Shown here piece by piece: positions 51,599 to 64,000 of a DNA stretch of 64,000 bases. The translations under genes were made by a program, and so were the position numbers. The notes under the pieces were generated by a model. That model was not told where the DNA came from. It was given only the letters and a program-made list of their open reading frames with translations, and did not search any database. The DNA comes from Camelus dromedarius. Its lineage: Eukaryota. The DNA is taken from the NCBI RefSeq assembly GCF_036321535.1, contig NC_087437.1, positions 81,160,001-81,224,000 on the forward strand, in the 5' to 3' direction. How positions within the stretch are numbered: the first letter of the stretch is position 1; each line of letters starts with the position of its first letter.

Positions 51599-52537
51599 GA
51601 AGTTCCTTACAGTCTAAGAAGGCTTAAAAAAAAAAAAAAAAAGTCCCATCTGACAATAATCAGTTCAGGGCAAAGTGATCAGGGTATCTCAAAGATGAAT
51701 GAATTCTTTCATGCCACTAGACTGTTTCAAAATATTATAACTAGGTCATTCATTCAGTGTGCCAAAGAGCTGAATCCAGTTAATCCTAAATGCGTTCTTT
51801 AAATGGAGAATGTCTTGATCGTTAGGAAACCCTAGTAGAGAAATGTGCTTTCTTTGAAAAAGAATACCTAAATTTTAGAAGGAAGTTTCCCGAATAGTTG
51901 TCAAAGAGGAAAAAAAAAAAAACAAAACCAGATTTTATTTTTTACACTTAATTCCCATACCAGCCGAAAGAAAGATCTGTGTTAACATGTGGCTCAAATA
52001 AATAAACGGCCGGTATTCTTTTCACCACAAATATCTTCAAATAACTCAGTTTCCTATATGTGTTATTTATGTTTTTCTAGAACTTTAGTGTGATAACCTA
52101 TTACATTTGTTACCATACATAATGGTAATTTCTATTCGTTGACTTTTTTAAAGGAAATTAGGAATAACTGAAAAGAAAATTCCAAGGAGTATTTGCTGTA
52201 CGACTTTTGCCTTTGAGAAACTCTATTTACGAATCAGAATGACTTGAGAGTTATCCAAGTACTGTCTTGTGGGTTTTTTTCTTCATGCCAGTGCCAGCTT
52301 AGATCTTAAAGAATTATCTAGGGTTAATGAGAAGGAATTCTGAAGACTGTCGTCTACAAATACTAACCCCTGGTAGAAATGCATAATAAATGTATTGGCT
52401 GCCTGACTGGATGGGATAAGAGCATTATTTCAAGATATGTCTTGAAATAATCTGTTGCTTGATTGTTTCGAGTGAATTGGATTTGGACACTCTCTTATGA
52501 AGAAGTGAGGTAAACTGTTTGTTCTCTGGCTTTTTAG

Positions 52538-52615
52538 CTAAGAATGAAACCTTGGCATTGCCTGCTGAATCTAAAACGCCAGAGGTAGAAAAAATCCCAG
52601 CACGGCCCATAACAG
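52538..52615 (+). CDS. ABI3BP: ABI3BP coding exon (approx. exon 10), 78 bp, phase 1-1: AKNETLALPAESKTPEVEKIPARPIT
   Basis: Acceptor ggctttttAG, donor GTaatg. Matches recalled 'KNETLALPAESKTPEVEK'. Confidence 0.94.
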
Positions 52616-54441
52616 GTAATGAGATCCCTGTGTTATTAACTTTGAAAAAGTAAATAATGTATTTTTCCAAATAGTAAATGATTGACAAGACTATTTTTTT
52701 TTCAGTGAAGAGCCTGTAGGAAATTCATTTTAATTATTAGCACACAACAATAGGGGATTCTAGATGCAAAATGAGCTATTGAATTATATAAGTAATACGT
52801 AATGTGGAAGCTGTATTTTTCACTGTAAGTGAAAGTTGTTACCTCAACATTCTGAAATATTTTTACACTAAAATGTAAAAACATGGTTTGGGTGTTTTCC
52901 TTTTACAAGAAGACATTAGACCATTTTTCATTTCTTCACTTTCACAAATGATTAGTTTAGCAAAATGCCATTATCCCTCACAAATCCATGGTTTGATAAG
53001 TGTGAAAGTACCCTGGAATCGTTTAATAATAATGTCTCTTGAAGACTCACAATTTTTGTGTAGAAAATATGTAATAGTTCAGTAAAAATCCTTTAAAGAA
53101 TAAATGCAGTATGCATTTTCCCCATAGTTTATCAGCCGTTACTAACAAACATTCATCATTTCTTCTATGAATGAACTGCCCAAGTCCAGCCCACAGGGGA
53201 CACATTATTCTCTGAACCACAGAGTTTTTGCCAGAGCAGTACCACCTCATCCAGTACTCTGTGAAACAAACATCTGGCAGGAAATCCCCTAGATCCACAT
53301 TGAGCAAAGTAACTCCAATCTAAAGTGAATTTTTTAATCCATAAAGTTGCTGTGAATTGAAATATCAGTGATACTTACCTGTTACTAAACTCTTGGATTC
53401 ATAACTGGTCCAGAGATGATAAAGATTGGTGGAGAAGTCAAATAACTTGATTTCAAGAAATAAAAATATTTCTGATGGAGTAAGAAGTTTACGGTCCTAC
53501 CTAAAGGAGAGAGATGACCTTCCATCCCCCACCTTCATGGGAGTTGGAGCAGAGGTAGTATCTGATGCTGGAATAATGTATCTGAAGGAAATTTCTGGGT
53601 AGTTTTCTGATTTCAGTATAATTGGTCAACACCAAGAAAAGCAGAGGCATGACCCAGTGGAGAGTCCATCAATTTTTTTCCCAGTTATCCTTTCTTCTCT
53701 TGGCACAGTATCTGATGGGAGAGTCTACAGATTTCTTAGTTTTCTGCCAGACTCTCCTCAGAATTTTCCACTTCAAAAACACTTAGGCGAACACCATAAC
53801 TTATTATTCATTGTTATTGTGTTTATTTTGTGTCCTTCCCCTAAAAAATTCTGGTATCATGTAGCTCACAATTCATTCCAGATCTCAGTGATCCTGGTTC
53901 TTATTTCTCAAAAACTATTTACCTGCGGGTCATCTTTGCCTTTGAGTTAGCACTTGAAACAAACTTGTGTCTCGGCATTTGAATCCTTATCATTTCAACC
54001 CACTTCCAAGCTTTGCATGTTGACTGCAGTTGGGAAGAAAGAAATCTTAAAACGTAATACCCTTTTTTGCCCTGGGTCATTCTTTTATCTGCCCAGTTAT
54101 TAACTCATTTCATAAATATTTACTATGTGCTTGCTTACTATACCCCAGACGTTGTGCTAAGACAGAGGAATTAAGTTATGATTAATCGGATAAGTGCTTC
54201 CATGGAGGTCAATTCTGTGCGCTTTTTGGAGGATGTGGAAACTGGACAAACCCAGAAAGGAAGGCTTGGGAGGAGTTTGGGCACTGGGGCAAGCCAGAGA
54301 GCCCTTAACTTAATTAACTTGAAGACAATTGGTCTGTGCAAGTGTCAGCTTTAATTCCAAAGGACAACAAAAGTGCCTTATATTCTTCAGTTGTGCCATC
54401 ATTTTATCTTAATTTGTAAAGTTGTCTTTTTTACCTTTCAG

Positions 54442-54516
54442 TGACTCCTGAATCAGTTCCAAGAACCACTAAACCCACTGTGTCTAGTGCATTAGACATT
54501 TCAGAAACAACACTGG
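54442..54516 (+). CDS. ABI3BP: ABI3BP coding exon (approx. exon 11), 75 bp, phase 1-1: VTPESVPRTTKPTVSSALDISETTL
   Basis: Acceptor ttacctttcAG, donor GTaatt. Pro/Thr/Ser-rich and matches recalled TARSH sequence. Confidence 0.93.
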
Positions 54517-55265
54517 GTAATTCTAAGAACTTTTTTTTCTTCAAAAAAAAAAAAAAAAAAAACCCCACCTCTCAACCCTCATAGAAAAGAAGAGTAACCC
54601 CAGTGCCTTGGCTTTCCCACCCTCCCCACTTTTCTCCCCCATTACTGGCAGTAGTTCATCTTCCTATTTTCTTGGACCAATTCCATTAAAGAGTTAACAA
54701 CATGTCTTGATCCTGGTGACTAATATTCTAGGAAGCTCTGGATGGTAGGTGCTAACTGCACACCCTTTTTACCAGTCCCTTGGGATGTCTAGAAAAACAG
54801 AATGTCAGGTTTCTAACTTACAAAGCCTGGAAAGGTGGAAGTCTTGACTATGTCTGTGCTTTCCATTTTGGTTGGCTTTTCCAAGTCCTGTGTGTACTAA
54901 ACTTAAGGAGAATCCCCGAAAGTGTCCTGTCTTTTAATAAGAATTTCATGCCATGCAAGTTAGCTGCTTCTTGGCCCAAGAGAATCTAACTTGCTTTATT
55001 CTCTTCAGAAAAAAAGGAACAGCATGTACGTATTGTGTTCAGTACTTGTGATGTTGATCTTCCATGCCACACCATGGCCATTTGAAGGTACACCTTCAAA
55101 TTATAACAACTATGTAAAACTTTTCCAGGGAAAGCCAGCTATTTGCATGAAAGGCATCAGCTGCCCAGTGCGCCCTCTGTTAGGAGCATGCCTACACCAT
55201 ACGGCTAAACCACAGCATCAAATCCCGACTCACAGAGTCTCTAACTGAATTCTTCTTTATTGCAG

Positions 55266-55340
55266 CTCTCAGGGAAAGGACCCCCGAAACATCGCAGACT
55301 ATTTTAATACCTAGGTTTGAATTCCCACTGAGCACTCTAG
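55266..55340 (+). CDS. ABI3BP: ABI3BP coding exon (approx. exon 12, likely cassette), 75 bp, phase 1-1: ALRERTPETSQTILIPRFEFPLSTL
   Basis: Acceptor ctttattgcAG, donor GTaaaa. Open in frame and resembles the recalled mouse 'LIPEFELPLSTL'. Confidence 0.88.
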
Positions 55341-56177
55341 GTAAAAATTATTAAACAATGCAGCTTCTTTTTACCTTGGAAATTTTATGCATGGTTGAAA
55401 GAAGTCCTAAGCTAATTCATTCAAATTTATCTCCTCACAGGAAAGAAGGCACACATGGCTTATAGAACAGTAAACTCCCCAACACCAAGCCCTTAAATGT
55501 TATAAAATCTTTATTTTATAATCTAGGATCCTAAAGAGTCCTTCTCTATGACAAATCCTTTGGTGATTTTCCTTTGTGGTGGTCATATTTTGATATTATA
55601 TTTGATTCTCTTCATTCAGAAATCATTGTGTCACTGAATAAATTATTTTCTGTATTTTTTCCTAAGTATCTTTTTACTCCACTGTTTCTCTTGAAAAAGA
55701 AGATACGTTTATGATATTTCTGCAGACTGCTTCTTAGAATTTTTGGAATTTGAGTGCAATAGCAAAAAAGTTCTTGGGGGAGCTTAAATATAAAGCCATG
55801 TAGTTACTGAAATTCGATTTTTTAAGGCTCTTAGAGGGACATTTTCTGGTTCAGATTTATGTGGTTTAAATGAAACATATCTGAGAGTATACATACACAT
55901 AGCTAAAGAAATTGGGACACTAGTTTAATAAGGGTAAAAAGAAGAGCCCAAACTCCTCAAATTTTGTGGCTTGATTATTAAAAATGTAAAAAGAAGCTTT
56001 CTCATATTATCCATCATTGAAACGCAGGAGTAAGAGGTGGATACTAACAGTCCCTTACCTTACCTGAGTAGCTTGCATTTTCATGTTTGTCTTCGGTTTT
56101 TGCAAGCTTGAGATTTTAGAAAGCTTTTCTCTTACTTGCTCTTCAAGTCGTAACATTTCTTATGTGTTTCATTGCAG

Positions 56178-56249
56178 CTCCAAAAAGGCTTCCAGAATTT
56201 CCTCAGGCAAAAACACCTTTCCCTTTTGAGAAACCTGGGGGAACCTTGG
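56178..56249 (+). CDS. ABI3BP: ABI3BP coding exon (approx. exon 13, likely cassette), 72 bp, phase 1-1: APKRLPEFPQAKTPFPFEKPGGTL
   Basis: Acceptor tttcattgcAG, donor GTaata. Resembles the recalled mouse 'APKRFPEFPEAKTAFPLEKPRG'. Confidence 0.88.
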
Positions 56250-56669
56250 GTAATAACAGCACCTTAAGTCTGGTATTAGAAGTGGGTGGTGATTGCTTCA
56301 TTCTGTAGGACATGATTACTGGATTCCACCTCCGCACACCTCAGTGAGCTGATGAATTCAGTTAACTCAGCCAGACAAGTGGTTGATTTGATTAAAAAAA
56401 CAAACAAACAAAAACCTATTGGCTTTTCTACAAATTCAGTAACAATCATCAATCTGCTATTTCCATAATAGTTTTCTATCCTCAAAAAGATTGAGAGTAT
56501 GACACCAAATTTTGGTCTCTCTCTAGTCACTACTCAAATGCTCTGGGAGCATATTGATTTCTTCCTGATGTACAATGATTTTTAATTGGATCAGTGTGTG
56601 CTTTTCCTTTCAGGCTACTGGTGGCCACTTAACCACACCAGCAACCTATTCCTATCTCTTTCTCTTCTC

Positions 56670-56700
<31 letters not shown>

Positions 56701-56726
56701 GTGAATTCCGTTTCTTTTTGCTGTAG

Positions 56727-56801
56727 CTTCAAGTGAAAAACCGTGGATTGTGCCTACAAGTAAAACATCTGAAGATTCCAAAATCCTACCGCCTCAAACT
56801 G
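56727..56801 (+). CDS. ABI3BP: ABI3BP coding exon (approx. exon 14), 75 bp, phase 1-1: ASSEKPWIVPTSKTSEDSKILPPQT
   Basis: Acceptor ctttttgctgtAG, donor GTaatt. Matches recalled human 'ASSEKPWIVPTAKISEDSK'. I found no further exon before the window end. Confidence 0.93.
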
Positions 56802-58879
56802 GTAATTGCATTCTTTTTTTAAAAAAATAGATTGGAGCACAGTGTTGGATAACTTCTCTTGTTTTTGTTTTTATAGGTTTTTTTGGTGATTATCCATATA
56901 CTTTGTAGTAAATGGTAAAGCTGTCATTCTTGATACTTAGATGAATTTCATTTTTTTTCCAATACAAAAGCAAAATGATTTTGCATTCGTTTTAAAGATC
57001 TGTGTTTTCATGTCTGGATATATAATTAGAAGTCTGGCAAGGAGAGGAACTGCAAATTGGCTCACTGAATTTCTAGAGATCTCTTTGGTGTCATGAGAGC
57101 AGTAACAAAAATAAGCACCATCATGATCTGATTTAACAGTATGAATTTAATATTTCCCTTGCAGGTAGATATTTGCTTCTGTATCAGTAAAATATTCAGT
57201 GAACATTTGAGAATTTACTATGTGTAAGATATTATTGCTAAGTCCTAAAATCTGTAAGCATATTGTGATACAGAGGAAAGACCACAGCTCTTGGCACAAG
57301 TACTAAACCTTGGTTCCAGTTCTGGTTTTACTACCAACCATATATTTTTTATTTTTCTCTACTTTCCTGGATCTAAGTTTGCTCTTTTGTAAACTGTAGC
57401 ACTTGGCTTTTTTCTCCTGAGACTTCTTGTGTTCCAGCACTAAAGCAGATTGAGAGAAATAGCTTCTCTTTTTAAAAAACAGATTTTTCTCAAAGAGTTT
57501 TCTCCTTTACATCTTTTCTTTGATGTCTAGCAGTCAACTAAAGAAAATATTCAACATAAGAAAACCTTGCAAACCACTTTGTGCGATTATTTCCATGATT
57601 TTTGTTTTACTTATTCGTATTTTACTTTAATGAGCCTTCTAGTCGTGATTTTTTTAAGTACAGGTAATTAGTATATAATATAATTAGAAGTTGATGTCAT
57701 AATGTTAAATACACCAACACTCTGTGGTATTCTCCAGCAAGGAGACCAGCAGAGGATTGGTTTGAGGAAGGATGAAAATGAGCTACAGATGCATAGATCT
57801 TCGTCAAATTGTCATTTCTCTAGGAAGTGTAAGGTTTGATCTTAGCAAAAAATACAAGGATGGTATCAAATGAAGTCAGCATGTCTGTTACAGTCTCCCC
57901 TAGTTTTCTGAAATGGGAAAACACTTGAAAGTTGGTGATGGTTGTCAGCCAATCCAGAGAAGCCTCAAATTCTAAGCCCTGGTTCCCCTTGTCACAGACC
58001 CTGAAACTCTATCGCAGTTACTTAATGTGGGTGCAAAAACACCTTCAGCAGTCCGGGTCACCTGAATCTGAAACCCAGTTTCTGGGTAGAGTTTTAGCCT
58101 GAGCCTCTAGTTCTATTGAACATCCCAGGGGCGCAGCGGCACTGACCGTGGAGCAGTGGCTGGTGTGGGCGTGCATGATGGCTGAGCTGCTGCCCTGTGC
58201 CAGGCCTGGCCTGACTCTCACGTCCTTTGTGAGTATTACGTCTCCCGAACCAAAGACTTTTGGGCCCACTGGACTAGATGAACTCTTGGGTCCCTTTTAT
58301 CTCTTAGCTTTAGTGTTATAAACGCAGGGAACATAGAATCTTCCTGGGTTTCATTAAGCAGCCTCTAGATTTTTGGTGTCTATGATTATTTAAGAGCAAA
58401 CTGGCCAAAATCTCAAGGAAACCATTCATGAAGTTGTAATGCCTGGGACACGAATGATATATAAAGCCTGAATGCAAGCAAACAGTGGGGAATAGGGAGA
58501 CTGTGTTGGGGGTTGTAGAGTTACAGAGAGACAGAGTTAGATAAGATTGGAAATCCCAGTAAAAGGAAGGTTCCTTTGGCCTTTAATGACAGAAGAGGAA
58601 TATTCTGGTGTCGCCGTGATGGAGTATGAATAGTGGCCAATGCAGCGGGAAGCAGTTTCATTATTCAGCTGCCTATCTCCTGCCAGGGCCACCTTAGGCT
58701 GCCAGACAACTTCCGAAACCTGTCGACTGCCAGCTGTCACCCTCTAGGTGACGTGCAGGAGCTTGGCACGGGCTGTAACAGTTCAGTAGGTGTGATTGCG
58801 GACATGAGCATTAGCCACAGGAGCGTCCTAGCCTGTCCTTACAGCAGCCTTTAGTTTTTATATCTGTGCCACTTGGTAT

Positions 58880-59025
58880 GATTTTGGCCAAGCAGCATTG
58901 GCGTCGCCGGGGAGCTTGTTGGAAAGGCAGAATCTTGGGCTCTACTTCACATCTGTTGAATCAGGATCTGCTTTTTAACAAGCTCTCTAGGTGGTTTGTG
59001 TGAATATTAAAGCTTGGGGAGCACC
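58880..59025. mobile_element. MER5-like MITE fragment
   Basis: 'cagcattggcgtcgccggggagcttgttggaaaggcagaatcttggg...gaatcaggatctgctttttaacaag'. Confidence 0.7.
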
Positions 59026-59590
59026 TCCTTGTCACTGTAGTCTGTAACATTTTCCATGGTGTGGGTAAAAATCATCCAAAGTTATAGAAGAGAGGGCCTG
59101 GTTTCTCAAAGTGGGTAATTAAGTACCTCTTGTTTCTGCTAATGCTTGCAACACTCCTGTCTAACTCTTGTATTAAGTGTTCTATGGCAGCTTCCTAACA
59201 GGTTAAATTTCAAAGTAAAATTTATCAGGTGTGTTATTTGTGATTTAAAGAGTTGATACACTCACACAGTCCTTTCATTCATTTCAGCCTTGTTTCTTGA
59301 TTGATTTTGTGTGACTTTACACATGCACTAAGTTTCTATTTCCTATTTTGTTTCAACCTATATGATTATTTCCCAGTTACTCACACGACTTCCTAATGCA
59401 GTTATTTGAGAATGAAGACAAGAGAGGTAGAGGTAGTACCTGAACACCGGTCCAGAAAGTCATTGGTCCGGTTTTTGTTGTTAGATCTTTTGAAGAAATG
59501 ATATATTTCAGCTGGTATTAATGACATTATTATAGCAAAATGAATACATTTTGTTTTCTCTGTTGGGGTACAGTGCATCTGTATTTACTA

Positions 59591-60121
59591 TGTCGATTCC
59601 TTTCAGCCAGTGACCACCAGGAACACACCTGTATTTGAACAAACTTAGGTTGATCTACTTATTGTGACAATGGAGAATGCAGACCAGGAGGAACTGTGGA
59701 TCTCTTAGTAACAGGATGTTGGAAAGACATTATGGGATTTGGTTTTGTACTAGGTAATTTTGGGGAGGGTTTAAGGAAGTGAAGCTTTGCTCTGAATTGG
59801 TTGCTGTCAGAAAGTGGGAGTAATCCCTGATTGAATATCTTAATAATTCTTAACTAAAAGGCAAGAAAAGAGGAGTGAAACTGAAGATGTGACTGATAAA
59901 GACATGAACCAGAATGCGGGGACAGTAGTTTCTGTGTTTGTGCATTTGTGTTCCACACAGTTATAGAATGGTCTGGTTTTTGTCTTGGTCCATCTTGGTC
60001 ACCGACTGAACTTGTCTGATGGTGGTATTCTTTTAAATTGTCAATGTCAGCAGGAGAACACAACAGCCTAGCTGTGGCCTGGCCAGCATCCCGATGCCAA
60101 GGGCTGCTTTTCTCTTTATCA
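59591..60121 (-). mobile_element. ERVL-class solo LTR, MER76-like
   Basis: TG...CA termini. The reverse complement begins 'tgataaagagaaaagcagcccttggcatcgggatgctggccaggcc'. Confidence 0.6.
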
Positions 60122-63100
60122 GCCATTAAATGGTTTATCATTACCTTTTGTAAAATTCATTTTGCTTCGGCATGTACTAGATTTGTTTTCCACATTTACT
60201 TCATATTCTGTATCAAATAATCAGAATGCACACTCTCAGAAAGATTTCTGTATTACTTTTAAATCTAAAAGGGTATGTGGAAATTCTAACATGCACGTTG
60301 AAATCACTTCAATAGTTTATGGCAAGAGTGGGACAGGTTATTGGGAATTTGGAATAGCCTAGGAAATCCGAGAGGTGTAGCCGTCAGATGTATTCTTCCC
60401 CACTTTTGGCCTATTGGCCCTAGTCTTTGATTAGTGCTATGTTTTGTGATCTCATTATTTGGAATTGTAGTTGATATTAAACCTTCTCTAAAGTATGTTT
60501 AAGTGGGATTGATTGATTTTGATTTCCCTGGCACATCCAATTTTCCTTAAAGTACAGAAAGGAAATTATAAAAATCTGCTCTATAACTATATGACAGGAT
60601 GTAAACTTACTTATAAATTCTGTATTAAGAGAGTTGGTCACATTTTAGAAATACTTAAGTGCTTGTAACAATCATTCAGAAAAGTTAATCTTTCTGGTGA
60701 TGTAATAGAATTGGTCTTGGGTTCTATTGGAAGATAGCCACTTGACTATGATTTCTGTTCCTATAGAGTGAGTTCTAGAAAAGTTCTCAGTACCTTTCAC
60801 CCCTGGATAAATTGTGCATGCATGTGTGCATACTTGTTGGATTACTTCTCCACTGGAATAATATAATTTTGTATTTGCATAGTAGTGTTCTATTAAGAGA
60901 TTCAAAGGGTTATATATATACCACCAGATTGACCTTCCAGAAGTCCCTGGAAGCAAAGCAAGTTATCATTTTCTTTTATCATAAGGAGATATGTGAGAGA
61001 CTGGTCTCTGAGCAGGTAGAGGAACAAAAACTAGATCCTCATTCATTTCTTTCCTATGCTTCTCTCCAACAAACCACTCCAAGTTAAAAGTGAAACAATG
61101 TCATATAGCTTGCTTTGAAATTTTTGCAGAATAGCTTCACAGCAGAATAAATTCCATGTTCTTATTAGGACCAGGTCCCTTCTAGATTTTTAAGAGACAT
61201 CAAGTGGTCTGAGAGAAAGGCTGGCCTGTCCCAGAGTTCATTCTCCTTGTGAATGTGATCACTGATCTGTGAGCTATAGGGTGAGACAGAGCTGGGTTAA
61301 TAAACCGATAGCTCAACAATTTGCCACTTATACATCTGCAGACAAGTAATTTAACCCCCGAGAGCTTCAGCTTCCCCATCTATAAAATGGAAATAATATA
61401 ATAATTTTCATTGGATTGTTATGTCTTAGGAATAATGTGTAAGTCACTTAACCTAACTCACAGTACTGAGGAAGCCCCACTAACATTTCCTTAATACAGT
61501 TGGCCCTTGCACTGAATGCACCCTCTTCCCACTATGCTACACTGTCTATCCCAAACTTCCCAAATTGCCGCAGACACTCAATAACAACAATAAATTTTTT
61601 AATTGATAAAAAGAAAGAAAAGAAGCAAGGGAGAAAATACTCTAAGCTCATACATACAAAAACATACCAAATGATTCTTGGGTCTTCATTTCACTTGTGT
61701 AAAAATGTTTAGGAAGGATGGAAAGGACACGTGCCGTGTGATTTGAAGAGGCCTTGCAACCTGTGAGAATGGCCTGATGATGTCCTGTTAACCCCACGGC
61801 AGAGATGCTGAATCGTATCACACGGCTGCACCATTTGGTTAGAGTGGAAGCCTGCATCATTCTGTAAACTGGACTCTGAGGCCTTGGCTCAGGGAGTAAA
61901 ATGATACCACGACCAACTCGATGTGTTGTCTGCGGGCATCAGAAGTGGGAGAAGCAGCACACATGTCGTATATACATCCCTCCATAGATGGGGCATACGC
62001 ATGACTTCTAAAGCCTTTTATAATTGGAAGAGGAGGATGGAAATCAGTGTTGTGTTTCCGGCTCGCTAATGCTATCAGTGTTAAGCCTCTGTAACTTACT
62101 TGGTCATTCCCTTAAAAACCATCATTTAGTACCAGGAGGAATTTGAAGCCAAAATTAAATCAAGAAAATGGTTTCTTTTATAACCCAAGATAATCCAACA
62201 TGTTTATTTTCATCTTTAGAAAACTCTCCTGCCTGTTCTTCCCCTAACATGTTCCGACAAACTTCTTTTTCCTTCTCAATGTGTCGTAACGTATCATTTT
62301 GTGTTACTGTAACTTATTAAGATGACAGTTCTTCTGGCACAATTATTTCCCCCTGAGCAATAAACAGTTATCTTTAGAGATGTCTCTTGACAGAACTAAG
62401 GATGGTCAGCCTCAGTCTTTTCATTAGAACCCACTTCGCAAGCTCCCTTTAGGAGTTCATGGCTAATTATTTTTGGTGTTTAATTCTTGCTATGTGTACT
62501 TAAGCTCTATAAATGACTTAAAGACTTGAAAGGTGAAGTGATCAGTCTACTCAAGGAATGGTCTACTCGTTGGAAAGTTCTGGCCCCAGGTTTGCTCAGT
62601 GGGCTCGAAAAGAGGTTGAACTCTACATTTGGACCTTATTGTCCACCCCTGAGGTGTTGATTAGCACAAGTCTGGCCCCCAACTGGATTAAGCCCTAGAG
62701 AGGGAAAAGAAAAATTGGAATAAATGGTGGCGTTGATACTTTGAGATCTGGAAAATAGAACTCAAGTATAGCAGATGGTTTACAGATTTCCTGTGGTCTC
62801 TTAGAGATTTATAGTCTCAGCCTTTGGGTTTTCTTTGTGAGTATTTTCTCGCAGTCAGGATTTTCAGACTTCAAGGCCAACCAGAAAGATATTTTATGTT
62901 TCCATGAATTGAAGAGAGTGTTATTTGCTTATGTGAGTGGCACTGGAAACTCTGTGTGTGGTGTTTGTGAATACTCTTTTCATCCAGCTACTTCTTGATG
63001 GTCCTCTTGTATTTTCTCCTTGTTTCTTCCATATGTGCTTAGGAGTCTGTTTCCATGCAGAGTATGGCCACACAAGCATATGGCAGGTAATTGTGTAGCA

Positions 63101-64000
63101 GAGGAAGAGATTTGTGCGCATGTGTGTGTCATAAAATAAGTAAAGGACCTGTTCATTTATTCTCCTTGATTTGTACTAAGAGCATAAACTACCCAACAGT
63201 CAAACTCATTGTTCACTGTAATGGGAATCTTACAGATTAATTCCATGGAGTCTCCCTATGACCCAGGCCCTGGGGTAAATTTTGCATAAAGAGCATGACA
63301 GAACAATTTATGTCCTAGTGAGTTCATGCAGGCTTTCATCTAAGTACTTTTAAAAAGAAATCTTCCCCATAGCTATTAATATTCATGGAATTTGGATAAA
63401 ATAAATGGATAAAATCCTGATAACTGGACATGCTTTGTCTATGCTGCATTGATTCCAGAGCAATAGCAAAGTATTTTTAGTGTGAATTTTGCATTTAATC
63501 AGTTTTTTAAGAGAGAAAATAAAATGTACAACCAATGAAACAGAATTTAGCAATGCAATTTTAGGAAGTTATAAACAAATGGTAATGTGACTTATTTCAT
63601 ATCGTTGTTGTGTTTTCTGTGAAATATAAAAGTAAAGTTTAGTAATCATGATTACAAGTTACTATTGTTTTTTGAAAGAAATATTGCTATTTATAACCTT
63701 TGAATTGGAAATAACTATTGTACTCACATTAGACGGTGCAAATTTTGGTACCATTTCTGTTCTGTGAACGTAAGATTAGAAATAGTACTTAATGTTGAAT
63801 AGCTGAAGCATTTCACCCACTAAAGTAAACATTGGTGATAGAAGATGTTTGCCCCAGTGAATCTCAATTTCATTGTCTAGAAAATGGAGATACTACCCCC
63901 TTAGCTATAACATGGGGCAAATGTCTACCTCATCTATTTTTCAGGTATGTTTAGAGACTTAAATAAGCTAATATATGAGAAAGTGCTGTGCCAACTGTAA

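Noticed and set aside
56601..56726. Strong-looking acceptor cttttcctttcAG at 56613
   Set aside because: It would add 113 nt to the exon and shift the frame. No supporting evidence.
59607..59648. Candidate next ABI3BP exon (tttcAG...ttagGT)
   Set aside because: Contains an in-frame TGA in phase 1, lies inside an LTR, and does not match the expected next peptide.
1..64000. CRISPR array, retron, diversity-generating retroelement or other prokaryotic RT system
   Set aside because: No regularly spaced repeat-spacer array or operon structure. The only RT is clearly LINE-1 ORF2 in a mammalian intron.

Overview
Mammalian (probably camelid, judged from its tRNA-Ala-derived SINEs and young L1 3' UTRs) AT-rich genomic DNA lying entirely inside the + strand gene ABI3BP (TARSH/NESH-BP, a secreted extracellular-matrix protein). 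Twelve internal coding exons (18634-56801, 1029 nt, 343 codons, all AG/GT-bounded and phase-compatible) encode the N-terminal fibronectin type III region and the start of the Pro/Thr/Ser-rich stalk. The first exons and the rest of the gene lie outside the window. Introns hold L1, L2, MIR, SINE, LTR and DNA-transposon remnants and a ~500 bp purine-pyrimidine microsatellite. The most unusual items are: (1) a tailless, stop-free internal L1 reverse-transcriptase fragment with a 16-bp direct repeat, 53 bp downstream of an ABI3BP exon and in frame with it; (2) a ~1 kb mosaic of foreign-looking genomic DNA inserted inside a young L1 fragment; (3) a tailless half-SINE with a perfect 12-bp target-site duplication (TSD). 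I see no prokaryote-type system (CRISPR, operon). Most short ORFs in the track are spurious. Repeat family names and exon numbers are recalled from memory and need RepeatMasker or BLAST confirmation.
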